Below are positions 46,301 to 53,715 of a DNA stretch of 64,000 bases, in pieces; position 1 is the first letter of the stretch, and each line of letters opens with the position of its first letter. Source of the stretch: Gemmatimonadota bacterium (GTDB lineage Bacteria > Gemmatimonadota > Gemmatimonadetes > Gemmatimonadales > GWC2-71-9); the NCBI GenBank assembly GCA_025350665.1, contig JANXXJ010000131.1:7262-71261 (forward strand), read 5' to 3'. Below the pieces are notes generated by a model. It was not told the origin of the DNA. It saw nothing but the letters and a program-made list of their open reading frames with translations, and searched no databases. The translations under genes were made by a program, and so were the position numbers.

Positions 46301-46517
46301 CCAGTATACCAATCTTCAAGCGGCGATCGACGGCACCGACGCACCAGTGACCCAGGGCATGAAGAACCGCCATGGCGACTTGGAAAAAGCCTGGGCGCCG
46401 ATGGCGGTCCGGGTGGACCGGATTCTCGGTACCGATATCAACCGGTTCAATGACTTGATCCGGTCGCGCAACGTGCCAGCCATCCTGGTGCCCGTGGTGC
46501 CGCCACCCACGACCTGA
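43371..46517 (+). CDS. secreted BNR/Asp-box repeat protein, sortilin/VPS10-like (paralogue of 19066..22065)
   Basis: 1048 aa with a GTG start and a GGAGA RBS. The signal peptide is ..LLVGSSVQAQ. Asp-boxes include TTDAGASW, STDAGTTW, SQDGGKSW, SNDGGDTW, SDDGGLSW, SIDGGKSF, SSDRGQSW, TRDGGKTW, TTDYGATW and TNDGADW. Confidence 0.8.
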   Translation: MSIHLTPSSVATLAILLVGSSVQAQRNRSTAAPTPLAPAFNALQGLEWRNVGPFRGGRATTIAGVAGQPMVYYMGATGGGIWKTTDAGASWRPIADGQIQMGSVGSIAVAPDDPNVLYAGMGEAPVRGVSSSWGDGVYKSTDAGTTWRHIGLGQSRTISRVIVHPKNAEIVYVAAQGSRWGPSAERGVYRSQDGGKSWNLLLKGDSLTGPSDLAMDPTNPRILYAAMWDAQRTPWYARSGGPGSGIWKSNDGGDTWSRLTKGLPGIMGKIGVAVSASNPARVWANIEAENGGLFRSDDGGLSWQLINGDRVLRARAWYYTRVTADPNNADVVYVINAPVLKSIDGGKSFTPLPDPHGDNHDLWINPANSMNLAKADDGGAVISFTGGAQWSSNQNQPTAQFYRVSVDDRYPYWLYSGQQDNSSVAIPSATAGPGIPNEAFHDAGGCESAHVAFDPANPRYLYANCYHGILGEYDQEFRLERNVMANPILGLAEPSDQLKYRWNWSSPIITSPHDRTVIYHGANVLLKSSDRGQSWTEVSPDLTRNDKAHQGLGGGPITNEGAGGEVYGTIYYIAESPHEPGVIWVGTDDGLVQLTRDGGKTWTNVTPKGLPESLVNMVEVSPFDKATAYVAVSRHKWNDNAAYIFRTTDYGATWTRLIGGLPDGDVVRVVREDPKRRGQLYAGTETGFWISTNDGADWQRLQLNLPHVPITDIRIHHGDLVISTEGRAFWILDDIAPIREISSDIARAALHLFQPRTAVRSNLGSDAAVPGMGRNPPQGAVFSFLIQAVDTATASKLEILGPTGAAIRTYSSTAKPNEGSKLVVKAGFNRVGWDLKGEAPTRVAGILAGEGGGPGGYRVAPGHYQARLTVGTESRTASFDVVADPRTHPSEADLRGQQEWLGRIWNRVDDIDRRAVTLRGVRDQLKALIDRTREPTDSIVVAGKVLVAAIDSIEAVMISTKAKTFQDVINFRHGIADQYTNLQAAIDGTDAPVTQGMKNRHGDLEKAWAPMAVRVDRILGTDINRFNDLIRSRNVPAILVPVVPPPTT

Positions 46518-46530
46518 CGGGAGTCATACC

Positions 46531-46689
46531 ATGGATCGACGGGACGTTGCGAAAGCCGGGATCTCCTTCGGGACGGCGCTCGCCATTGCCATTTCGTGGT
46601 CGGCCAACAAGTCCGTTCTCTGGGCGATTCTCCATGGCGTGTGCTCATGGGGATACGTGATTTACTACCTGATCCGCTACGGGAGCTGA
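46531..46689 (+). CDS. small membrane protein (52 aa), below the ORF-track cutoff
   Basis: ATG 46531 follows a GGGAG RBS 8-12 nt upstream. The translation is MDRRDVAKAGISFGTALAIAISWSANKSVLWAILHGVCSWGYVIYYLIRYGS, with two hydrophobic helices. Third codon positions are mostly G/C. Confidence 0.5.
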   Translation: MDRRDVAKAGISFGTALAIAISWSANKSVLWAILHGVCSWGYVIYYLIRYGS

Positions 46690-46693
46690 GCCG

Positions 46694-47515
46694 CTGACCG
46701 ACCCGAACCCGTTCGCGTTCACCGACCAAGCCGTCTCCCGGAAGTACGATGAGCTTCTGGTCCCGCGGCTGTTTCAGCCGTGGGCCGAGGCCCTCGTAGA
46801 CCTCGTCGATCCAGCAGGGCGGATTCGGGCACTCGACGTCGCGACCGGGCCCGGAACCGTGGCTCGCGTCCTGGCCCGGCGCCTTGGGCCCGGCGGGATG
46901 GTTGCCGCCTGCGACGCGTCCCCGGCCATGATCGCGCAAGCCGAATCGCATGGCGGGGTCATGAACGGTTCGCCGATCGCGTACACGGTCGCACCGGCGG
47001 CGCCGCTGCCCTACCCCGACCAGACTTTCGACCTGGTCACCTGCCAGCAGGGCCTTCAGTTCTTCGGCGATGCGGGAGCCGCCCTCGGCGAAATGGCCCG
47101 CGTCCTGGTGCCCGGCGGGCGCTTGGTGGCGAGCGTCTGGTGTCCGCCGGAAGACTGCTCCGTCTTTCATGCGTTCATGTTGGCCTTGCGTAACGCCGGG
47201 CTGCCTGAACTCGCCGACCTGATGACGACGCCGTTTCCTCGCTGGACCGCAGACGAACTTGTCGCCCGAACTCGGCAACGCGGCTTTCGGGAGGCGGCTG
47301 TAACCGCAGTGACTCGCGATCTCGTCTTCCCGGGCGGCCTCGCCGAGACGATGGCCGCCTTCGGCGGCACACCGCTCGGGCCCAGGCTCGGCCAACTGGA
47401 CGCCGAGGCCTCGCGGGCGCTCGTCGCCGCCGCCGAACGGACCTTCGCTCCCCTCCGGGCCGGCTCCAGTATCCAGGGGCCAATGCGGTCCTGGATTCTC
47501 CTCGCCACCGTCTGA
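46694..47515 (+). CDS. class I SAM-dependent methyltransferase (start codon unresolved)
   Basis: The track starts at GTG 46859. The frame is open back to 46673 and encodes ..DPNPFAFTDQAVSRKYDELLVPRLFQPWAEALVDL...IRALDVATGPGTV, which is the family N-terminus plus SAM motif I. The only start-like codon there is CTG 46694. Confidence 0.65.
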   Translation: MTDPNPFAFTDQAVSRKYDELLVPRLFQPWAEALVDLVDPAGRIRALDVATGPGTVARVLARRLGPGGMVAACDASPAMIAQAESHGGVMNGSPIAYTVAPAAPLPYPDQTFDLVTCQQGLQFFGDAGAALGEMARVLVPGGRLVASVWCPPEDCSVFHAFMLALRNAGLPELADLMTTPFPRWTADELVARTRQRGFREAAVTAVTRDLVFPGGLAETMAAFGGTPLGPRLGQLDAEASRALVAAAERTFAPLRAGSSIQGPMRSWILLATV

Positions 47516-47517
47516 TC

Positions 47518-48042
47518 GTGTTGCGCCGACTTGCCGTTTTCGCCAGCCATGACGAGTTGGCCCAGCCGGACGAGTTGATCGCGGCTCACCAGATCGGCAA
47601 TCTTCTGGGCGAGAACGCCATCGCGTTGATCCATGGACCGGTTGCGACCGGACCACTCGGGACCGTGGCCGAAACCATTCGCCGGATCGGTGGACAGCTG
47701 CATCCGATTGACACGACGCCACTCGAACGATGGCAGGCCGAGGTTGGCGCGGTCGCCGACGGATTCCTCGGACTCCCCGGTGGTTTTGGCTCCCTCGAGG
47801 CGGCCTTCGACGTCTGGACCTGGGGGCCCGTGGGCCGCGAGCAGCCTCTGGGGCTCCTCGATCAGGGTGACTACTACTCGGCCCTGCTCCGCCATGCGAC
47901 GGATGAGGCGGTGGATCGCTTCGTGCTGGAGTCACAGCGAGGACGGTTGATCCTGACCAAGGACGCCGCTGACCTGTTGCGACGAATGTCTGAATATCGT
48001 CCGCCGGAAACCCGTCGTGACGCCCCCTTCGACGACGACTGA
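47518..48042 (+). CDS. LOG/TIGR00730-family (nucleotide N-glycosidase-like) protein, divergent
   Basis: 174 aa with a GTG start 2 nt after the upstream stop. The motif LPGGFGSLEAAFDVWTW corresponds to PGGxGTxxE. The N-terminal GGG motif is degenerate (LIHGPVATGPLG). Confidence 0.6.
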   Translation: MLRRLAVFASHDELAQPDELIAAHQIGNLLGENAIALIHGPVATGPLGTVAETIRRIGGQLHPIDTTPLERWQAEVGAVADGFLGLPGGFGSLEAAFDVWTWGPVGREQPLGLLDQGDYYSALLRHATDEAVDRFVLESQRGRLILTKDAADLLRRMSEYRPPETRRDAPFDDD

Positions 48043-48049
48043 CCTGGAG

Positions 48050-48787
48050 ATGACGATGCTCACGCTGATCGCGACCCTTGCGGTACTTGGCACTCCGGCC
48101 GAGGTCGCTCCGCCGGTCTATCAGGCCGTGATGATGCGCGCCGCGCCGGGCCGGCTCCTCGACCTGGTGGAACTCGTCAAGAGCCGGCAACCGGTCTACC
48201 GGGCGGCCGGCGAGGCGGCTCCGGTCCTGATGCGCCACGCGCAGGGCGACCAGTGGGACCTGCTGGTGCTGACCCCGATCGGGAGCATCGCCGAGCATTT
48301 CGGAGCCGAGCAACAGATTCGCTGGCGATCGGCGGTAAGGCGAGCGGGATTCGACGACGAAAGCTTCGCCCGGCGGCTGGATGAATGGGTGTCATGGCGC
48401 GAAGAGCTCTATGTCACCGGGCCACCAGTCGCCGATGTCGAAGCTGCCGCCGCTACGTCCGGCTACTTCCACCTGGAGATCTTTCAGGCCCTGGCCGGAA
48501 TGCGGGATTCGCTGATGGCCGAGCGAGCGATGGAGAACGATTTCCTCGCTCGTACCGGCAAGCCGGTCAACTTCATCTTCAGGAAGGTGACCGGGTCAGC
48601 CTGGGATGCGTTCACGATCGGGTTCTACCGGGATCTCCAGCACTACGCGGAACCGGCCCGGGTGTCGCCCGACGACGAAGACCGGGCCGCTCGAGCCGCG
48701 GGGTTCCAGAGCCGGAACCACATCGGAGCCCATCTTCGGCGGTACCTCCAAAGCCACCACGACACGCTTGGTTCGGTTGTGCGATGA
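48050..48787 (+). CDS. hypothetical protein (245 aa)
   Basis: ATG 48050 with a GGAGA RBS. The N-terminus looks like a signal (MTMLTLIATLAVLG). I recognised no family. The stop overlaps the pnuC start (ATGA). Confidence 0.55.
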   Translation: MTMLTLIATLAVLGTPAEVAPPVYQAVMMRAAPGRLLDLVELVKSRQPVYRAAGEAAPVLMRHAQGDQWDLLVLTPIGSIAEHFGAEQQIRWRSAVRRAGFDDESFARRLDEWVSWREELYVTGPPVADVEAAAATSGYFHLEIFQALAGMRDSLMAERAMENDFLARTGKPVNFIFRKVTGSAWDAFTIGFYRDLQHYAEPARVSPDDEDRAARAAGFQSRNHIGAHLRRYLQSHHDTLGSVVR

Positions 48788-49344
48788 ATCTGGTCGAAAG
48801 CATTGCGGTCGTCTTTGGTATCGGGTCCGTCTGGCTCAATGCCAGGCAGAACGTGCTCGGCTGGCCCACCGGCCTGATCAACGTCGGGCTGTACACGCTG
48901 ATCTTCTTCAAGGGCCAGCTGTACGCCATGATGGGCCTGCAGGTGTTGTTCTTCGCCATCTCTCTCTACGGATGGTACCAGTGGCTGCGAGGCGGCCAGC
49001 AGCATGCCGGGATCGCCGTGTCGAAGATTCCAGTCCGGCTCGGGGTGGCCCTGGCTGCCGGATCGTTGGTGGGGGCTGCCGGGCTGGGCTGGGCGCTCCA
49101 CGTCCACACCGGCGATCAGCAGCCATTTGTCGATGCCGGAGTCTCGGTGGTGTCGATGGTGGCGCAATGGATGATGGCCAGAAAGTATCTCGAGACCTGG
49201 TGGATCTGGATCGCGGTGAACCTCGTCTCGGTCCCGCTGTTTCTGGTGCGGGCGGAATATCCGACCGCCCTCCAGTACACGGTGTTTCTCGGCCTCGCGG
49301 TCAGCGGATTGCTGCAATGGCGCCGGTCCCTCGCCTCGTCCTGA
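48784..49344 (+). CDS. pnuC: nicotinamide riboside transporter PnuC family
   Basis: Internal ATG 48784. Has VFGIGSVWLNARQNVLGWPTGLINVGLY...LQVLFFAISLYGWYQW...MVAQWMMARKYLE.WWIWI.VN, the PnuC signature. Confidence 0.85.
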   Translation: MNLVESIAVVFGIGSVWLNARQNVLGWPTGLINVGLYTLIFFKGQLYAMMGLQVLFFAISLYGWYQWLRGGQQHAGIAVSKIPVRLGVALAAGSLVGAAGLGWALHVHTGDQQPFVDAGVSVVSMVAQWMMARKYLETWWIWIAVNLVSVPLFLVRAEYPTALQYTVFLGLAVSGLLQWRRSLASS

Positions 49345-49862
49345 CCGGCTCGGAGGCGACCGGCAAAACCACGCTGGCCTCCGGGTTGGCCGCTCACTAC
49401 CGGACATCCTGGGTTCCCGAGTTCGCGCGGGCGTACGCCGAAGCACGAGGCGGCGTCCTCACGGCGGCGGATGTCGAACCGATTGCCCTGGGCCAGCGGG
49501 CCGCCGAGGATGCGCCGTCAGTGAAGGCCGGGCTGATCGTGCTCGACACCAACCTCCTGAGCACCGCCGTCTACGCCCGCCATTACTATGGCATGACAGT
49601 GGGCTGGCTCGAGGCCGCCCTCACGCCGCCGCCACCGGCATTCTATCTGCTGTGCGATATCGATCTTCCCTGGACCGCTGACGGCATCCGCGATCGGGGC
49701 GACGATCGTCAGGCGATGCAGAGTCGGTTTCGGGTCGCCCTGGAACAAAGGCACTTGCCGTTCGCCCTGGTCGGCGGAACCGGACCGGACCGGCTCGCCA
49801 GGGCGATCGCCGCCGCCGATCAATGGCTGGGCCGGCTGGCCCCGGACGTCAGGCGCCGGTAG
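49317..49862 (+). CDS. NadR-type ribosylnicotinamide kinase-like P-loop ATPase (kinase domain only)
   Basis: Internal ATG 49317, overlapping pnuC by 28 nt. Has LVLTGSEATGKTTLASGLAAHYRTSWVPEFARAY...LDTNLLSTAVYARHYYG, typical of the NadR C-terminal domain. Confidence 0.7.
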   Translation: MAPVPRLVLTGSEATGKTTLASGLAAHYRTSWVPEFARAYAEARGGVLTAADVEPIALGQRAAEDAPSVKAGLIVLDTNLLSTAVYARHYYGMTVGWLEAALTPPPPAFYLLCDIDLPWTADGIRDRGDDRQAMQSRFRVALEQRHLPFALVGGTGPDRLARAIAAADQWLGRLAPDVRRR

Positions 49863-51213
49863 CCGCTCGGCGCGACCAGTACCAGTACACTGGAACGCCG
49901 AGCCCGATCAGCCCGATGCCGCAGGCCGCGTTCCCCGGGTTGGAGGCGACGGAGCCCGCCACCACATAGATCGCCGCCGCGATGAACAGGAGTTCCGGAA
50001 TCGGGGAACCCGGGGTCTGGAAGGCAGGCGGTGCCTCGTTGGCTCGCCGGCTCCGGGCTCGAAGGAACAGGAGAGCGGCGGCCGTCGAGCCGAAGAAGAT
50101 CCAGTCGGCGAACACCACATAGTCGAGGAGATGGCCATAGCTGCCGCTGGACAGCAGAACGACCGACCAGGCGCCCTGAAAGAGGATGGCCACGACCGGC
50201 GTCCGCCATCGCGGGTGCAGACGCGCAAACGACTCGAGAAACAATCCATCTCGCGCCAGCGCCTGATAGACGCGGGGCGAAAGCAGGGTGATGGCATTGA
50301 GGAAGCCGCCGGTCGAGATCACCACGCCCAGCGCGATCAGCTTCCGGCCCAGCGGACCCATCACCGCTCCGAGCGTTTCGGCGGCCGGAGCGGTACTCGC
50401 CGCCAATCCCCCGACCCCGAGTACTCGGAGGTAGGCGGCATTCGCCGACAGGTAGACAAGGACCACTACCGCGACACCAAGGAGCAGGGCACGGGGAAGA
50501 TTGCGCTCCGGCGCGATGATCTCCTCCGCGATGAAATTGGTCTGCTGCCAGCCGCCATAGGCGAACAGCACGGGCACGAAAGCCGTGGCCATGGCAAGGA
50601 CAGTCCCCGCCAGACTGGCGGGCGCCGCCACGGTGCAGTGATCACAAACCACCGGAAGGACGCCGCTCGCCGGGCTGAGCCACAGGCCGGCCCGGATCAG
50701 CAGGGCGAGCGCCCCCAGTTTGAGCAGTACGAACACATTTTGAGTCCAGGCACCCAACTGGACCCCGAAGAGGTTGACGACCGTAAAGATTCCAATGGCA
50801 CCGATCGCAAGTGGAGTCCGGAAGGAGGGAGCCAGCCCGAACAAATCGGCGGCGTAGGATGCGAAGGTGTAGCTCACCGCGGCCCCGGCCCCCGTCGCCA
50901 TGATGAGCAGAAGGGCCCAGGCATACAGAAACCCGGCCAGCGGATGAATGCCGGCCCGGAGGTAGGCGTATGGTCCCCCGGCCTTCGGGAGCCGGCATCC
51001 CAACTCGGCATAAATGAACCCGCCGAGAATGGCGACGACGCCGCCCAGGACCCAAGCCAGCAAGGTGAGCGATGCGGTGCCGACCCGCTGGGCCACGATC
51101 GCCGGATTGAGGAAGATCCCCGATCCGATGATCCCGCCGATGACCGACATGGTACCACTGAACAGGCCGAGACGCCGGGCGTAGCTGACCGGCTCGGCCG
51201 GGGGACTGGTCAC
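49849..51213 (-). CDS. APC superfamily amino acid permease
   Basis: I trimmed the 939-aa fused ORF to GTG 51213 (GGAGA-N5-GTG). It has the family-typical N-terminus ..RRLGLFSGTMSVIGGIIGSGIFLNPA and about 12 helices. The upstream part of the ORF is antisense to the aminotransferase gene. Confidence 0.85.
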   Translation of the reverse strand: MTSPPAEPVSYARRLGLFSGTMSVIGGIIGSGIFLNPAIVAQRVGTASLTLLAWVLGGVVAILGGFIYAELGCRLPKAGGPYAYLRAGIHPLAGFLYAWALLLIMATGAGAAVSYTFASYAADLFGLAPSFRTPLAIGAIGIFTVVNLFGVQLGAWTQNVFVLLKLGALALLIRAGLWLSPASGVLPVVCDHCTVAAPASLAGTVLAMATAFVPVLFAYGGWQQTNFIAEEIIAPERNLPRALLLGVAVVVLVYLSANAAYLRVLGVGGLAASTAPAAETLGAVMGPLGRKLIALGVVISTGGFLNAITLLSPRVYQALARDGLFLESFARLHPRWRTPVVAILFQGAWSVVLLSSGSYGHLLDYVVFADWIFFGSTAAALLFLRARSRRANEAPPAFQTPGSPIPELLFIAAAIYVVAGSVASNPGNAACGIGLIGLGVPVYWYWSRRAATGA

Positions 51214-51357
51214 AGGTTTCTCCAGGAATCGAGACGGCAGGCCCCTCAATAGTGGCGCCGATTCGGGCCCAAGGCGAGGTGCCTTGGGGCTGGGCGCCTG
51301 GCTCGCCCAGCCGGGTTGGGATACAATTGCATATCGTTCCTCTTCCCGGAGCCGCCA

Positions 51358-52695
51358 ATGGATTCCATCGCCACGCTCGAAGCCGACCTTCTCCACCGCT
51401 ACCAGCACAAGACGCCCCGTTCGGCCGGGCTCCATCAAGGGGCAACCAAAGTCATGCCCGGCGGCGACACCCGGACCGGAACCTTCCACCTGCCCTATCC
51501 GATCTACGTTTCGCGTGGGCACGGCTGTCGCCTCTGGGACGCCGACGGCAATGAATACCGCGACTTCCTGAACAACTTCACGTCGCTGCTGCACGGACAC
51601 GCTCATCCAGTGGTACACGAGGCGCTGGTGACGCAGGCTGCCCGGGGTACGGTGCACGGAACAGCCAACGAGCTGCAGGTCGAGCTGGCCGAGCTGCTGT
51701 GCGACCGCGTTCCGTCGGTGGAGCGGCTGCGGTTCTGCAATTCGGGCACCGAGGCCACGCTGTTTGCGCTCAGGGCCGCGAAAGCGTTCACGGGGCGCGC
51801 CAAGATCATGAAGATGGGCGGCGGTTACCACGGGTCGCACGACCAGGTGGCCGTTGCCATGGCGCCCCCCTACGGCACCACCGCAAACCTGGGTCTCTCG
51901 CCCGGCGCCCTGAACGAGGTCGTGCTCGGTTCGTTCAACGACCTCGACCACACGGCCGACTTGATCCGTCGTCATCGGAACGAACTGGCCGCGGTCATCG
52001 TGGAGCCGATGATGGGCTCGGCTGGAGCTTTGCCGGCCGAACCGGCGTTCCTCCGGGGGCTTCGAACCGTGACCGAGGAATGCGGCGTCCTGCTGATTCT
52101 CGATGAAATCATCACCTTTCGGCTCGGCTTTGGCGGCCTCCAGGAGCACTACGGAATCCGCCCGGACCTCACCACCTTCGGCAAGATCATCGGTGGCGGC
52201 CTGCCGGTCGGGGCCTTTGGTGGACGGGCCGACATCATGGCCGCGTACGATCCGGCAAGTGGGACCCCGATCGTGCACTCCGGGACCTACAACGGCAACG
52301 CCGTCACCATGGCCGCGGGCCTCGCCACGCTCAAGCTCTACGATCGGGGATCGGTCGACCGGCTCAACGGCACCGGCGACCGGCTTCGGGCCCAGCTCAA
52401 CCAGACCATTGCGGCCTCCGGACTCGAGGCCACGGTCGCGGGGTTCGGCAGCGTCATGCAGCTGCATTTCCTCAACGGGCCCCTCCACACCGCCGACCAG
52501 GCGGCCCGAGGTGACAAACGACTCCTGCGCCTGGTCCATCTCTCTCTGCTGGTCGACGGCATCTTCACCGCCGGCCGGCAGATGTATGTGCTGTCCACGG
52601 CGATGACGCCGCAGGTGCTGGACGAATTCCACGACCGGTTTGCGACCGCCCTCGAAGCGATCACCCACCTATCCGCGCAGAGCGCGGGGAGATGA
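51358..52695 (+). CDS. class III (GSA-aminomutase-like) PLP-dependent aminotransferase
   Basis: ATG 51358. Has ...MPGGDTR...GHGCRLWDADGNEYRDF...RFCNSGTEATLFALRAAKAFTGR..I.K..GGYHG...ILDEIITFR...FGKIIGGGLPVGAFGG. Confidence 0.85.
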   Translation: MDSIATLEADLLHRYQHKTPRSAGLHQGATKVMPGGDTRTGTFHLPYPIYVSRGHGCRLWDADGNEYRDFLNNFTSLLHGHAHPVVHEALVTQAARGTVHGTANELQVELAELLCDRVPSVERLRFCNSGTEATLFALRAAKAFTGRAKIMKMGGGYHGSHDQVAVAMAPPYGTTANLGLSPGALNEVVLGSFNDLDHTADLIRRHRNELAAVIVEPMMGSAGALPAEPAFLRGLRTVTEECGVLLILDEIITFRLGFGGLQEHYGIRPDLTTFGKIIGGGLPVGAFGGRADIMAAYDPASGTPIVHSGTYNGNAVTMAAGLATLKLYDRGSVDRLNGTGDRLRAQLNQTIAASGLEATVAGFGSVMQLHFLNGPLHTADQAARGDKRLLRLVHLSLLVDGIFTAGRQMYVLSTAMTPQVLDEFHDRFATALEAITHLSAQSAGR

Positions 52696-52699
52696 CCCT

Positions 52700-53662
52700 A
52701 TGACCAGGTTGCACGGGTTCCTGTTGCTCGGTTGTCTGATCGGATCCAAGCCGCTACACGGACAAACTCTCGATGCCGACATCACCCGGATGCTCGACGG
52801 CCTCAAGGCCCGAAGCTCGCTGTATGCGAAGCATCTGCCGTCGGGACGGACCATCGCCATCCGGGCCGACCAGCCGATGAACACCCTCAGCGTGATCAAG
52901 CTGCCGGTCATGATCCAGGTTTTTCGGGACGTTGAGGCGGGACGTCTCAAGCTCACCGACCGGTATCAGATCCGGCCGGAAGACCGCCGCCGTGGGAGCG
53001 GGCTGATCCAGGGATTCGACGTGGGGCTGAACCCCACGATCCGCGATCTCGTGCAGCAGATGGTCGTCACCAGCGACAACACCGCCACCGACATTCTCAT
53101 CGGCAAAGTCGGGATTGCCCGGGTCAATGCCACGCTGGCTCAATTCGGTTTCAAGGAGACCCGTCTCCGGTCCACCACCGGTGACCTCTTCCGGGAGGTC
53201 TGGATTCAGTACGACCCGAAGAACGCCTCCATGACCAATGCCGAGGTGTTCGACCGGGGGTTCCCGACCGACACCGGCGGTGCCAGCCGGACCTTCAAGC
53301 TCGAAGGCGATTCCACCAGGTGGCTGGGCCGTACCACGGCCCGTGAAATCGCGCAGCTGCTCGAGGGTATGCAGACCGCGAAGTACACGTCGAAGGAACA
53401 CAGCCAGATGATGATCAACATCATGCTGGAGCAATTCTACAGTTCGCGCCTGCCGCAGCGTCTGGCATGGAAACCCGGGGTCTCGATCGCCCACAAGACC
53501 GGGGACTGGCCGCCGTACGCCGGCAACGACGTGGGAATCATCTTCTACAAGGGTGGGCCAATGATCGTCGCGGTATTCACCGGCCAGAATACCGGGGACT
53601 TCTTCGAGCTCGAAGCCACCGAGGGGCGGATCGCCGAACGCCTGGTCCGGGATTGGAAGTAG
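52700..53662 (+). CDS. class A beta-lactamase-related serine hydrolase
   Basis: ATG 52700 with a signal peptide. Has the SxxK (LSVIK), SDN (VTSDNTATD) and KTG (AHKTGDW) motifs. Confidence 0.8.
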   Translation: MTRLHGFLLLGCLIGSKPLHGQTLDADITRMLDGLKARSSLYAKHLPSGRTIAIRADQPMNTLSVIKLPVMIQVFRDVEAGRLKLTDRYQIRPEDRRRGSGLIQGFDVGLNPTIRDLVQQMVVTSDNTATDILIGKVGIARVNATLAQFGFKETRLRSTTGDLFREVWIQYDPKNASMTNAEVFDRGFPTDTGGASRTFKLEGDSTRWLGRTTAREIAQLLEGMQTAKYTSKEHSQMMINIMLEQFYSSRLPQRLAWKPGVSIAHKTGDWPPYAGNDVGIIFYKGGPMIVAVFTGQNTGDFFELEATEGRIAERLVRDWK

Positions 53663-53715
53663 GCGTGGGAGCGGCCTTCGATCGCCACCTTCGCTTGTTC
53701 GAGGGATGAGGCCCG

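Noticed and set aside
46316-48313. 665-aa minus-strand ORF.
   Set aside because: It is antisense to four well-supported plus-strand genes (BNR 3' end, methyltransferase, LOG-like, hypothetical). The translation is Arg/Pro/Gly-rich.
51214-52668. Upstream 485 aa of the 939-aa minus-strand ORF 49849..52668.
   Set aside because: It is antisense to the class III aminotransferase. The permease homology begins only at ..RRLGLFSGT.., with a GGAGA-GTG start at 51213.
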